Assembly (NCBI GenBank): GCA_002269645.1
Contig: NIVC01000422.1
Location: forward strand, 372,001-436,000
Direction: 5' to 3'
From: Macrostomum lignano
Lineage: Eukaryota
DNA length: 64,000 nt
This document shows, piece by piece, positions 1-13,048 of this stretch. The notes below the pieces were generated by a model. That model did no database searches and was not told where the DNA came from. It saw only the letters and a list, made by a program, of their open reading frames with translations. Each line of letters begins with the position of its first letter. Position 1 is the stretch's first letter. The translations under genes were made by a program, and so were the position numbers.

Positions 1-496
1 CGTCCATTTTTGTAATTATCACGACAGAAGTCTCCTAAATTTCTACAAGCAATTTTGGGAACTTGCGCATTTTTTAAAAACAGTGTTCTATGTACTTGAA
101 TTCTATCATCTGTTTCTTACTAAACTGTAGCGACCTTTTGTGTCTTGAATAAAATATAATGTAGAGAACGCTTTTTACGCGTAAATAGATTTGTCTTTTT
201 GTTCATTTCTTTTAGATTTGTACGTAACTGAGAAGCTCATTGCTGGGAAAGGTAGAGAACCTGTTTTCTTAGAGCTCTATGCAGAAGCTGTGTAAATAAT
301 GTACATTCGCCGGGGGGTGTTTGATCTCTTAAGCTTTAAAAGAAGATAATATAGCTGAGCTTGCTATGCTATCTAACTCAGCACAGGGTAGGGTAGAGCT
401 ACTCTACCTCTCAGTTATATTTAAATAAGGCTATCTGGTCCTATCTATACCTTGTCAGATATTAGATTTATGAAAAACAATTTCTAGCAACTTTTC

Positions 497-2148
497 ATGG
501 TTAGTGTTCTTTTTTTCTCTGTTTTTTCTTGTGTTCTAATAATAATTGTTTGATCAGTGTAACAAAATAAACTGAATTTCAGGCTGATTCAACCACTGTT
601 GCGGCTACCACGGCCGCTCCGGCTTCTGTGGATCTGCTGTTGGAACCTTGGCTAGTTGTTGTCATCATAGTTATTATAGATTTTGTCATACAATGGATCT
701 GCTTTCCAATTGCTTACGGATTGAAAACGGAGAAATTCTACGATATGGCCGGCTCGTTGACTCATCTGACTGTTGTGTGGGTGGCCTTTGGTCTTCTGGC
801 CAGCTATAGGCATATAAGATGCATTGTGCAGAGCGTCTGCGTGTCCGTGTGGGCTGTGAGACTGGGTATTTTCCTGGTTTACAGGTAAGTTAGGGATTAG
901 TTACTGTTATATTTGCCTTCCGGGAAATTTCTTGTTTAAGGTTTTCAGATCCTCAGGATTAGTCAATAGCCTCTCTCAGATCCTCAGATCCTCTCAGTGT
1001 CACTTTCTAGGCCAGCCTCCCAGATTTTCAGTTGCTGGGCCACCAGCCTCCCAGATCCTCAGTTGATGGGCCAGCCTCCCAGATCCTCAGTTGCTAGGCC
1101 AGCCTCCTAGATCCTCAGTTGCTGGGCCAGCCTCCCAGATCCTCAGTTGCTAGGCCAGCCTCCTAGATCCTCAGTTGCTGGGCCAGCCTCCCAGATCCTC
1201 AGTTGCTAGGCCAGCCTCCCAGATTTTCAGTTGCTGGGCCACCAGCCTCCCAGATCCTCAGTTGATGGGCCAGCCTCCCAGATCCTCAGTTGCTAGGCCA
1301 GCCTCCCAGATCCTCAGTTGCTGGGCCAGCCTCCCAGATCCTCAGTTGCTGGGCCAGCCTCCCAGATCCTCAGTTGCTGGGCCAGCCTCCCAGATCCTCA
1401 GTTGCTGGGCCAGCCTCCCAGATCCTCAGTTGCTGGGCTACCAGCCTTCCAGATCCTCAGTTGCTAGGCCAGTCTCCCAGATCCTCAGTTGCTAGGCCAG
1501 CCTCCCAGATCCTCATGTGCTGGGCCAGCCTCCCCAATCTTCATCCCAGCCACCCTCATCCCCGCCGCCAGGGCCGCCAAGTACGGCGACAAAAGATTCG
1601 AAGAGATTCGAAAAAGCTGCGTTCGGTTCTTCATCACGTGGACACTGCAGGCTGTGTGGGTTGGCTGCAACCTGGCACCCACTATCGCCAGCCTGACCGC
1701 ATCTGCCACCCTGGCAACTCCCGGCAGCTTGGAATGGCGCGACTATCTCGGCTGGAGTCTGTTCCTCATCGGCATACTCACGGAGACTGTGTCGGACATT
1801 CAAAAGTCCATATTCAAAGCCAAGCCGGAGAACAATGGCCGATTTATTCGGTCGGGACTGTGGTCGATTTCTCGACATCCGAACTATTTCGGAGAAATTC
1901 TACTATGGTGGGGCCTGGCTATCTCTGCATCGGCTGGTTTCCACTATTCTAACGAATGGTGGTTCTGGTTCACCTTTGTTGGCCCGCTGCTCAATACTCT
2001 GCTCATCTGCTTTGTCAGTGGTATTCCACTATTAGAGAAGTCCGCTTATAAGCGCTGGGGCGAAGATCCTGAGTATCAGGACTACTTGAAGAGTACACCT
2101 GTACTTGTGCCACTGATCCCGTGCCCGCTGTGCGACTTCTGCAAGTGA
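497..2148 (+). CDS. DUF1295-family (steroid 5-alpha-reductase-like) membrane protein, ~293 aa; proposed join(497..499,583..884,1572..2148)
   Basis: Motif GLWSISRHPNYFGEILLWWG is typical of DUF1295, with several hydrophobic helices. Splice sites read directly: ATG|gttagt (500), ttcag|GCT (583), ACAG|gtaagt (885), gccag|G (1572). Phases are consistent and total 882 nt. The ATG-only first exon is the least certain part. Confidence 0.85.
945..1535 (+). repeat. 28-bp minisatellite (cctcccagatcctcagttgctgggccag) filling intron 885-1571
   Basis: Tandem copies visible directly; the ORF track shows a 28-aa period (3 x 28 nt). Confidence 0.95.
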
Positions 2149-2324
2149 TTTTTGAAGTGAAGGAGGTTTTTCCGAAGTGAAGGAAGGACGTCAAAACCGT
2201 TTTGAGCAATGTTTAATATTTCCTTGTCTCAAAATAATATCAATCTAACTCTCTCTTTAAAATTCGTAATAAATCTTTAAAGCACGTACGAATGGCTTAT
2301 AAAAACCCTATCTGTAGGATCTTA

Positions 2325-4660
2325 TCCCCATCAAGAATCGCCCTCAAATCCCCATCAAGAATCGCCCTCAAATCCCCATCAGGAATCGCCCTCAAATCCC
2401 CATAAAGAATCGGCCTCAAATCCCCATCAACAAATCGGCCTCAAATCCCCATCAAGAATCGGCCTCAAATCCCCATCAACAAATCGGCCTCAAATCCCCA
2501 TAGAGAATCGGCCTCAAATCCCCATAAAGAATCGGCCTCAAATCCCCATCAACAAATCGGCCTCAAATCCCCATCAAGAATCGGCCTCAAATCCCCATCA
2601 ACAAATCGGCCTCAAATCCCCATCGAGAATCGCCCTCAAATCCCCATCAAGAATCGCCCTCAAATCCCCATCAAGAATCGGCCTCAAATCCCCATCAACA
2701 AATCGGCCTCAAATCCCCATCAAGAATCGGCCTCAAATCCCCATCAAGAATCGCCCTCAAATCCCCATCAAGAATCGGCCTCAAATCCCCATCAAGAATC
2801 GCCCTCAAATCCCCATAAAGAATCGGCCTCAAATCCCCATCAACAAATCGGCCTCAAATCCCCATCAAGAATCGGCCTCAAATCCCCATCAACAAATCGG
2901 CCTCAAATCCCCATAGAGAATCGGCCTCAAATCCCCATAAAGAATCGGCCTCAAATCCCCATCAACAAATCGGCCTCAAATCCCCATCAAGAATCGGCCT
3001 CAAATCCCCATCAACAAATCGGCCTCAAATCCCCATCGAGAATCGCCCTCAAATCCCCATCAAGAATTGCCCTCAAATCCCCATCAAGAATCGGCCTCAA
3101 ATCCCCATCAACAAATCGGCCTCAAATCCCCATCAAGAATCGGCCTCAAATCCCCATCAAGAATCGCCCTCAAATCCCCATCAAGAATCGGCCTCAAATC
3201 CCCATCAACAAATCGGCCTCAAATCCCCATCGAGAATCGCCCTCAAATCCCCATCAAGAATCACCCTCGAATCCCCATCAAGAATCGCACTCAAATCCCC
3301 ATCAAGAATCGGCCTCAAATCCCCATCAAGAATCGCCCTCAAATCCCCATCAAGAATCGGCCTCAAATCCCCATCAAGAATCGCCCTCAAATCCCCATCA
3401 AGAATCGCCCTCAAATCCCCATCAAGAATCGCCCTCAAATCCCCATCAAGAATCGGCCTCAAATCCCCATCAAGAATCGCCCTCAAATCCCCATCAAGAA
3501 TCGGCCTCAAATCCCCATCAAGAATCGGCCTCAAATCCCCATCAAGAATCGCCCTCAAATCCCCATCAAGAATCGCCCTCAAATCCCCATCAAGAATCGC
3601 CCTCAAATCCCCATCAAGAATCGCCCTCAAATTTCCATCAACAATCGGCCTCAAATCCCCATCAACAATCGGCCTCGAATCCCCATCAAGAATCGCCCTC
3701 AAATCCCCATCAAGATTCGCCCTCAAATCCCCATCAAGATTCGCCCTCAAATCCCCATCAAGAATCGCCCTCAGATCCCCATCAAGAATCGCCCTCAAAT
3801 CCCCATAAAGAATCGGCCTCGAATCCCCATCAAGAATCGCCCTCAAATCCCCATCAAGATTCGCCCTCAAATCCCCATCAAGATTCGCCCTCAAATCCCC
3901 ATCAAGAATCGCCCTCAGATCCCCATCAAGAATCGCCCTCAAATCCCCATCAAGAATCGCCCTCAAATCCCCATCAAGATTCTCCCTCAAATCCCCATAA
4001 AGAATCGGCCTCAAATCCCCATCAAGAATCGCCCTCAAATCCCCATAAAGAATCGGCCTCGAATCCCCATCAAGAATCGCCCTCAAATCCCCATCAAGAT
4101 TCGCCCTCAAATCCCCATCAAGATTCGCCCTCAAATCCCCATCAAGAATCGCCCTCAGATCCCCATCAAGAATCGCCCTCAGATCCCCATCAAGAATCGC
4201 CCTCAAATCCCCATCAAGAATCGCCCTCAAATCCCCATCAAGATTCTCCCTCAAATCCCCATAAAGAATCTCCTTCAAATCCCCATAAAGAATCGGCCTC
4301 AAATCCCCATCAAGAATCGCCCTCAAATCCCCATAAAGAATCGGCCTCGAATCCCCATCAAGAATCGCCCTCAAATCCCCATCAAGAATCGCCCTCGAAT
4401 CTCGAATCCCCATCAAGAATCGCCCTCAAATCCCCATCAAGAATCGCCCTCAAAACCCTATCAAGAATCGCCCTCGAATCCCCATCAAGAATCGCCCTCA
4501 AATCCCCATCAAGAATCGTCCTCAAATCCCCATCAAGAATCGCCCTCAAATCCCCATCAAGAATCGGCCTCAAATCCCCATCAAGAATCGCCCTCAAATC
4601 CCCATCAAGAATCGGCCTCAAATCCCCATCAAGAATCGCCCTCAAATCCCCATCAAGATT
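2325..4660 (+). repeat. 24-bp minisatellite (aatccccatcaagaatcgccctca), ~95-100 copies
   Basis: Direct tandem array; 8-aa period (IKNRPQIP) in the ORF track. Confidence 0.97.
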
Positions 4661-5199
4661 CTTCACCACCCATTGATAATTAATTCGGTCACAGTGTTAC
4701 AAAAACAATTTTCCTTTCTATCAGCGAATATGCTGTCTATCCGATTTAACGGTTGCTTAACTAAAAGTCCGCGTATTGTTATACTATGAACAATGAATCA
4801 AATTTAATAATAGAAACTCATCTCAGGATGCGTTTTGAAAATTTAGAATTGATTTAAGAAATCGTTTTTTAAAGATTTAACTAATCTTGTTTTATAAATA
4901 AAATGTGACTATTATTGATATTAATAAGCTAAATTATTGTAGGAATTAGATTTTAGTGTTTCAGTATCAATAATTATTATTTGGCATTGCAGTATGATTA
5001 CTAATAGCGCGAATAAAGTTTTTTTATTGTATTATATAAATTTTGTAGAGTTATTTATTTTTCACTGCCGATATTTTCAAACATTTTTTGGAACGCCGAA
5101 ATTGATTGCATTGTGAATAATTGCATTAAAATATACCTTATAATTTGTGTAATTTTGTTAGCGTTTTTAACTTTCATTTACCAAGTAGCAACTGATATA

Positions 5200-7215
5200 T
5201 CGATTAAACCGTCACCCCTCAGAGTCACTCAGATTAAACCGTCACCCCTCAGAGTCACTCAGATTAAACTGGCACCCTTCACCCTTCAGAGTCACTCAGA
5301 TTAAACCGTCACCCTTCACCCTTCAGAGTCACTCAGATTAAACTGTCACCCTTCACCCTTCAGAGTCACTCAGATTAAACCGTCACCCCTCAGAGTCACT
5401 CAGATTAAACCGTCACCCCTCAGAGTCACTCAGATTAAACCGTCACCCCTCAGAGTCACTCAGATTAAACCGTCACCCCTCAGAGTCACTCAGATTAAAC
5501 TGGCACCCCTCAGAGTCACTCAGATTAAACTGTCACCCTTCACCCTTCAGAGTCACTCAGATTAAACCGTCACCCCTCAGAGTCACTCAGATTAAACCGT
5601 CACCCCTCAGAGTCACTCAGATTAAACCGTCACCCCTCAGAGTCACTCAGATTAAACCGTCACCCCTCAGAGTCACTCAGATTAAACCTTCACCCCTCAG
5701 AGTCACTCAGATTAAACCGTCACCCCTCAGAGTCACTCAGATTAAACTGGCACCCCTCAGAGTCACTCAGATTAAACTGTCACCCTTCACCCTTCAGAGT
5801 CACTCAGATTAAACTGTCACCCTTCACCCTTCAGAGTCACTCAGATTAAACCGTCACCCTTCACCCTTCAGAGTCACTCAGATTAAACTGTCACCCTTCA
5901 CCCTTCAGAGTCACTCAGATTAAACCGTCACCCTTCACCCTTCAGAGTCACTCAGATTAAACCGTCACCCCTCAGAGTCACTCAGATTAAACCGTCACCC
6001 CTCAGAGTCACTCAGATTAAACCGTCACCCTTCACCCTTCAGAGTCACTCAGATTAAACCGTCACCCCTCAGAGTCACTCAGATTAAACCGTCACCCCTC
6101 AGAGTCACTCAGATTAAACCGTCACCCCTCAGAGTCACTCAGATTAAACTGGCACCCCTCAGAGTCACTCAGATTAAACTGGCACCCCTCAGAGTCACTC
6201 AGATTAAACTGTCACCCTTCACCCTTCAGAGTCACTCAGATTAAACTGGCACCCCTCAGAGTCACTCAGATTAAACTGGCACCCCTCAGAGTCACTCAGA
6301 TTAAACTGGCACCCCTCAGAGTCACTCAGATTAAACCGTCACCCCTCAGAGTCACTCAGATTAAACCGTCACCCCTCAGAGTCACTCAGATTAAACCGTC
6401 ACCCCTCAGAGTCACTCAGATTAAACTGTCACCCCTCAGAGTCACTCAGATTAAACTGGCACCCCTCAGAGTCACTCAGATTAAACTGTCACCCTTCACC
6501 CTTCAGAGTCACTCAGATTAAACTGTCACCCTTCACCCTTCAGAGTCACTCAGATTAAACTGGCACCCCTCAGAGTGACTCAGATTAAACTGGCACCCCT
6601 CAGAGTCACTCAGATTAAACTGGCACCCCTCAGAGTCACTCAGATTAAACTGGCACCCCTCAGAGTCACTCAGATTAAACTGGCACCCCTCAGAGTCACT
6701 CAGATTAAACCGTCACCCCTCAGAGTCACTCAGATTAAACCGTCACCCCTCAGAGTCACTCAGATTAAACTGGCACCCCTCAGAGTCACTCAGATTAAAC
6801 TGGCACCCCTCAGAGTCACTCAGATTAAACTGGCACCCCTCAGAGTCACTCAGATTAAACTGGCACCCCTCAGAGTCACTCAGATTAAACTGGCACCCTC
6901 AGAGTCACTCAGATTAAACTGGCACCCCTCAGAGTCACTCAGATTAAACTGGCACCCCTCAGAGTCACTCAGATTAAACCGTCACCCCTCAGAGTCACTC
7001 AGATTAAACTGGCACCCCTCAGAGTCACTCAGATTAAACTGGCACCCCTCAGAGTCACTCAGATTAAACTGGCACCCCTCAGAGTCACTCAGATTAAACT
7101 GGCACCCCTCAGAGTCACTCAGATTAAACTGGCACCCCTCAGAGTCACTCAGATTAAACTGGCACCCCTCAGAGTCACTCAGATTAAACCGTCACCCCTC
7201 AGAGTGACTCAAATT
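5200..7215 (+). repeat. 30-bp minisatellite (cagattaaaccgtcacccctcagagtcact) with 37-bp variant units
   Basis: Direct tandem array ending ~225 bp upstream of the Derlin-1 ATG. Confidence 0.97.
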
Positions 7216-7440
7216 AAACTTTCACCCTTCACAGCCGCTCAGGTTGAAATGTTGTTCCCTCAGTCACAGATCCAACTGTTACCCCCTTAGAGTCACCGGG
7301 TTTATAAGAGCCAAACTCTTTTATAGGCTAAATGTACAAAGCAATTTATATTAATAGATTTCATATGGATATTCATGCCGCATCCTACTGAACAACTAAA
7401 CTATAAAGTTAAACAAAATCGCTAAGCAATCAAATACAGC

Positions 7441-8229
7441 ATGGCACCGAATGAACTGGCTGAATGGTACTGGAATGTACCGCGCCTGTCTCGCTACTGG
7501 TTCACTGGCAGCGTTGTCCTGCCATTGCTCGGGCGCATCGGCCTATTGAGTCCCTACTCAATGATTCTTGTCTGGGAGAAGCTTGCTTATAGCTTCCATA
7601 TCTGGCGTCCAATCACAGCCCTGCTGTACTATCCCATATCGCCTCAGACAGGATTTCACTATCTGATTAATTTGTACTTCCTGTATTCGTACTCCACCGC
7701 TCTGGAGTCTGGTCAGTTTGCTGGCAATCCAGCTGAGTATGCTTTTCTATTGCTGTTCTGCTGGATCTGTCTGGTTGCTCTTGGTTGCGCTGTTGGTCTG
7801 TACCTGCTGATGGACCCGATGGTGTTGGCCGTGCTGTACATCTGGTGCCAGTTAAATCGGGACACCATTGTGCAGTTCTGGTTCGGCATGCAATTCAAAG
7901 CCATGTACCTGCCTTGGGTATTGCTGGCCTTTAATATGATTATTCAGGGCGGCGGCTTCACTGAACTGCTTGGCATCCTTGTTGGCCATCTGTACTTCTT
8001 CTTGGCCTTCAAATATCCTCAGGATTTGGGCGGCCGTCAGCTGATTGGAGCTCCGGAATTTCTTTATCGCCTGTTGCCTAGGCAACGCGGTGGCGTCTCC
8101 GGCTTCGGAGTGCCGCCTAGCAACAGGCGACGCGAAGATGGCACCGACGGAGCCGGCGATGACGAAAGACGCGGTGGCTGGTTTCAGAACCGGTTCCCCG
8201 GGGCTGGACACCGGTTGGGTCAGGATTGA
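7441..8229 (+). CDS. DERL1: Derlin-1 (ERAD rhomboid pseudoprotease), 262 aa, single coding exon
   Basis: Matches remembered Derlin-1 sequence throughout (RYWF..., IWRPIT, FWFGMQFKAMYLPWVL, GHLYFFL.FKYP.DLGG, RRGGVSGFGVPP) and has a C-terminal SHP-box-like FPGAGHRLG. Confidence 0.96.
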   Translation: MAPNELAEWYWNVPRLSRYWFTGSVVLPLLGRIGLLSPYSMILVWEKLAYSFHIWRPITALLYYPISPQTGFHYLINLYFLYSYSTALESGQFAGNPAEYAFLLLFCWICLVALGCAVGLYLLMDPMVLAVLYIWCQLNRDTIVQFWFGMQFKAMYLPWVLLAFNMIIQGGGFTELLGILVGHLYFFLAFKYPQDLGGRQLIGAPEFLYRLLPRQRGGVSGFGVPPSNRRREDGTDGAGDDERRGGWFQNRFPGAGHRLGQD

Positions 8230-8370
8230 GACGGATTTGGCTCGCTGATGAACGTGTGTTGTTTAACACTATCTAGTAACTATTGTAGATGTACTTTTCC
8301 CTGTTCAGTTTTCAACTTGTACTTTGATTTCTATTATTCAGCTTGACACTGGACCCTAGCACTGTTCTTG

Positions 8371-9775
8371 GATTTGAGGGTGATTGTTGATGGGGATTTG
8401 AGGGCGATTCTTGATGTGGATTCGAGGGTGATTCTTAATGGGGATTTGAGGCCGATCTTGATGGGGATTTGAGGCCGATTCTTGATGGGGATCTGAGGGC
8501 GATTCTTGATGGGGATTTGAGGGCGATTCTTGATGTGGATTCGAGGGTGATTCTTAATGGGGATTTGAGGCCGATCTTGATGGGGATTTGAGGCCGATTC
8601 TTGATGGGGATTTGAGGGCGATTCTTGATGGGGATTTGAGGGCAATTCTTGATGGGGATCTGAGGGCGATTCTTGATGGGGATCTGAGGGCAATTCTTGA
8701 TGGGGATCTGAGGGCGATTCTTGATGGGGATTTGAGGGCGATTCTTGATGGGGATTTGAGGCCGATTCTTGATGGGGATTTGAGGGCGATTCTTGATGGG
8801 GATTTGAGGGCGATTCTTGATGAGCATTTGAGGCCGATTGTTGATGGGGATTTGAGGCCGATTGTTGATGGAAATTTGAGGGCGATTCTTGATGGGGATT
8901 TGAGGCCGATTGTTGATGGGGATTTGAGGCCGATTGTTGATGGAAATTTGAGGGCGATTCTTGATGGGGATTTGAGGCCGATTCTTGATGGGGACTTGAG
9001 GGCGATTCTTGATGAGGACTTAAGGGCGATTCTTGATGAGGACTTAAGGGCGATTCTTGATGGGGATTTGAGGGCGATTCTTGATGAGGACTTAAGGGCG
9101 ATTCTTGATGGGGACTTGAGGGAGATTCTTGATGAGGACTTAAGGGCGATTCTTGATGGGGACTTAAGGGTGATTCTTGATGAGGACTTAAGGGCGATTC
9201 TTGATGGGGATTTGAGGGCGATTCTTGATGAGGACTTAAGGGCGATTCTTGATGGGGACTTGAGGGAGATTCTTGATGGGGATTTGAGGGCGATTCTTGA
9301 TGGGGATTTGAGGGCGATTCTTGATGGGGATTTGAGGCCGATTCTTGATGGGGATTTGAGGCCGATTCTTGATGGGGATTTGAGGCCGATTCTTGATGGG
9401 GATTTGAGGCCAATTCTTAATGGAGGCTTGAGGGCGATTCTTGATGGGGATTTGAGGCCAATTCTTAATGGGGGCTTGAGGGCGATTCTTGATGGGGATT
9501 TGAGGCCAATTCTTAATGGGGGCTTGAGGGCGATTCTTGATGGGGATTTGAGGGCGATTCTTGATGGGGATTTGAGGCCGATTCTTGATGGGGATTTGAG
9601 GTCGATTCTTGATGGGGATTTGAGGCCGATTCTTGATGGGGATTTGAGGCCGATTCTTAATGGGGATTTGAGGCCGATTCTTGATGGGGATTTGAGGCCA
9701 ATTCTTGATGGGGATTTGAGGGTTTTTTGGGGGATTTGAGGATACTTCTTGATTTGGATTTGAGGGGGATTCTTA
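8371..9775 (-). repeat. Second array of the 24-bp minisatellite, in inverted orientation relative to 2325-4660
   Basis: Unit gatttgagggcgattcttgatggg is the reverse complement of the left array unit. Confidence 0.96.
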
Positions 9776-10393
9776 AAAGGAATTCGATGGGATCTTCAAA
9801 GTTTTTTAATTTAAATTTTAGTCTCTAATTATAAGAAGCTTGTTACTGACCAAAACTTTCATCACAAATATTTCTCCTAAATTCGGAATAAGATGTTTTA
9901 TGAAAGTGATGCATATAGTCTCATTCTGTATCCTTTTTGCGTTTGCCTTCTTGTCATGGAATTTGTGTGTTTGTTTTGCTTATTTAAACTGTTTTGGTTT
10001 GGTGTTTACTTCAATTCATGTAATATAGAGCAGCTCCAGCAAGGTTTTGTGTTTTCATTTAGTTCATCAAGCAACAAATGAGAAAGCTCACTTGTGTTGT
10101 GTCTTCATAGCTTGTGTTGTGTCTGTTTTGTCCTGTCTCAAAGTTTTCTTTTCTGTCAAGGATTACTTTTTATCAATATATTATTTAACATGCTAAATGG
10201 ATACAGATTGTCACTTGTCTGTGCCGCGTTTTCTCTTATCGGAATTTGAAACTAACCGAGCCGTTTTTTTGTTTATTAAGAGCTAATCAAAAACGAAAAT
10301 ATAATTATATTGATGGGTTTGCATGAAACATCAGGCTCTGGTAAATTAGTATGCATTTTTTTCTATTTATTTTAGATTATTTTAGATTTTTAG

Positions 10394-10706
10394 CGAACCA
10401 ATCAGATTTAAAGTTTGAGCGTTGCCAATAAAACTTAAAATTCTTGTAAGAGAGCAAGCAGCCAATCATTTCAAGGTCAGGTTAGCGAGCAGCCAATCAG
10501 ATTTCAGGGCCAGGTTAGAGAGCAGCCAATGAGAATTCAAGGTCGGGTTAGAAAGCAGCCAATCAGATTTCAAGGTCAGGTTAGAGAGCAGCCAATGAGA
10601 TTTCAAGGTCAGGTTATTGAGCAGCCTATCGGATTTCAAGGTCAGGTTATTGAGCAGCCAATCGGATTTCAAGGTCAGGTTAGAGAGCAGCCAATCAGAT
10701 TTCAAG
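10394..10706 (+). promoter_or_regulatory. 33-bp tandem array of CCAAT boxes (gcagCCAATcag) directly upstream of the NudE ATG
   Basis: CCAAT at 10462, 10493, 10526, 10559, 10592, (cctat 10625), 10658, 10691, an almost exact 33-bp spacing. The context fits the NF-Y consensus RRCCAATSRG. Function is inferred. Confidence 0.55.
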
Positions 10707-10723
10707 ACGAAGTGATAACCCGG

Positions 10724-11241
10724 ATGTTCCAGTCTAACCAGGCTGCCTCAGACTCGCCCGCTCAGGCCTGCGGCGGCGGTTGCTGCGAAAGATGCGCCGA
10801 AGTTGAACAGATGCTGGAGGAGGCGCGCGAAGAGCTGGAGGAGTTTCAGGTGAGTGAATTTAGTAACTTTCTACTATCAGGGATTATTTGATTTTTTGAT
10901 TTTTTATTTGTTTGATTGTTTTTAAATTCCAGACCAGCTCCCGGGAGCTGGAAGCGGAACTGGAGACGCAACTGCAAGCGTCTGAGCGTCGCGAGCAGGA
11001 GGCCCGCAGCGCGCTGGAGCGGGCGCACAACGAATTGCAACGGTGTCGGGAGCGATCGGAACGGCAGATTGCCAGCTTAAATGGCCAACTAAATAGCTTG
11101 CAAGATGAGCTCAATCAGGTGTGTTAGTTAGATAGTTAGTTAGTCAGTTAGTCAGTTAGTCAGTTAGTCAGTTAGTCAGTTAGTTAGTCAGTTAGTTAGT
11201 TAGTTAGATTGTTAGTTAGTTAGTTAGTTATAGTTAGTTAG

Positions 11242-11274
<33 letters not shown>

Positions 11275-11783
11275 CAGTTAGTCAGTCAGGTAGTTAATTA
11301 GGTCAGGCAGCCGGTCAGTACTTTTAACGCTACTCGGCCCCCATCAACCAGGTGCGGCAGGAGCGCGACAGACTCAGGGGCTGCGTGAGGGAGCTGGAGA
11401 CGCTCAATGACGATCTGGAACGGGCCAAGCGGCACACTCTGGCTTCGTTAGAAGATTTCGAACAAAAGCTCAACGCCGCTATCGAGCGAAACGCTTTCTT
11501 GGAATCTGAGCTGGACGAGAAGGCGGCTCTGGTGGAGATGGTGCAGCGATTGAAGGACGAGTCTAGAGACCTGCGCGAGGAGGTGACCGTGCAGGTGCAG
11601 ACTCGGCAGCGGATCTCCTCTACCGCCAATCAGGTGCGCGCTGTCTGTCTGTCTGTCTCTCTGTCTGTCTGTCTGTCTGTCTCTCTGTCTGTCTGTTTGT
11701 CTGTCTGTCTGCCTGTTTGTCCGTCTGCCTGTCTGTCTGCCTGTCTGTCTGTCTGTCTGTCTGTCTGCCTGTTTGTCCGTCTT

Positions 11784-11820
<37 letters not shown>

Positions 11821-11873
11821 GTCTGTCTGTCTGTCTGTCTGTCTGTGTCTGTGTCTGTCTGTCTGTCTGTCTC

Positions 11874-11909
<36 letters not shown>

Positions 11910-11955
11910 CCTGTTTGTCCGTCTGCCTGTCTGTCTGCCTGTCTGTCTGTCTGCC

Positions 11956-11990
<35 letters not shown>

Positions 11991-12579
11991 GTGCCTGTTT
12001 GTCCGTCTTTTTGTCTGTCTGCCTGTCTGTCTGTCTGTGTCTGTCTGTCTGTCTGTCTGTGTCTGTCTGTCTGTCTGTCTGTGTCTGTCTGTCTGTCTGT
12101 CTGTCTGTCAATCTCAGCAGTAGCACCCCCTTTCACCCACCCTCTTCAGAGCTCCGTAGCCGGCAGTCCACCCTCAAACGTGGCCACAGCCGCCGCGCAA
12201 GTGGCAGCTTCGAACAGCCAAAATCATGACAGACCCCAGCCGCACCAGCAACAGCAGGCCAGCGACTCCACCGATAGCGACGCCAATCGGACTGCAGACC
12301 GCCAGCGCCTCGACGCGGTCAGTCAGGGCGACTCCGACGCCAATTCCGTCGGCCTGCAAACTGAGGTGGGCGGCGGCGGTGGCGGCGGAGGCGGCCCGAC
12401 CAGTCTGCTGCTAAACAACGGCCAGCTTTCCGGCATCTCTGCAGATCGATTGAATCCGAATGTTCGGGTCTGCGCTCTCAATCTTGTTGGCGATTTGTTG
12501 ACCAAGGTAACTGTGATTAGTTGCTGCTGATGACGTCTGTTTGGTTTGAGTACTTGGTGGACTGGGAGGGAGGGAAGTA

Positions 12580-12644
<65 letters not shown>

Positions 12645-12661
12645 TTGAGACACAGACAGAA

Positions 12662-12714
<53 letters not shown>

Positions 12715-12794
12715 TTGAGACACAGACAGAAAGACAGACAGACAGACAGACAGACAGAAAGACACAGACAGAGAAACAGACAACACAGACAAAA

Positions 12795-12855
<61 letters not shown>

Positions 12856-12872
12856 TTGAGACACAGACAGAA

Positions 12873-12911
<39 letters not shown>

Positions 12912-12942
12912 GAGACAGACAGACATTGAGACACAGACAGAA

Positions 12943-12977
<35 letters not shown>

Positions 12978-13013
12978 AAGACACAGACAGAGAAACAGAC
13001 AACACAGACAAAA

Positions 13014-13048
<35 letters not shown>

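Noticed and set aside
3067-9739. Long ORFs of 359-538 aa (IKNRPQIP, LRAILDGD, SNPHQESP)
   Set aside because: These are translations of the stop-free 24-bp satellite, open in several frames on both strands, with no unique domain. The apparent LRR-like pattern is coincidental.
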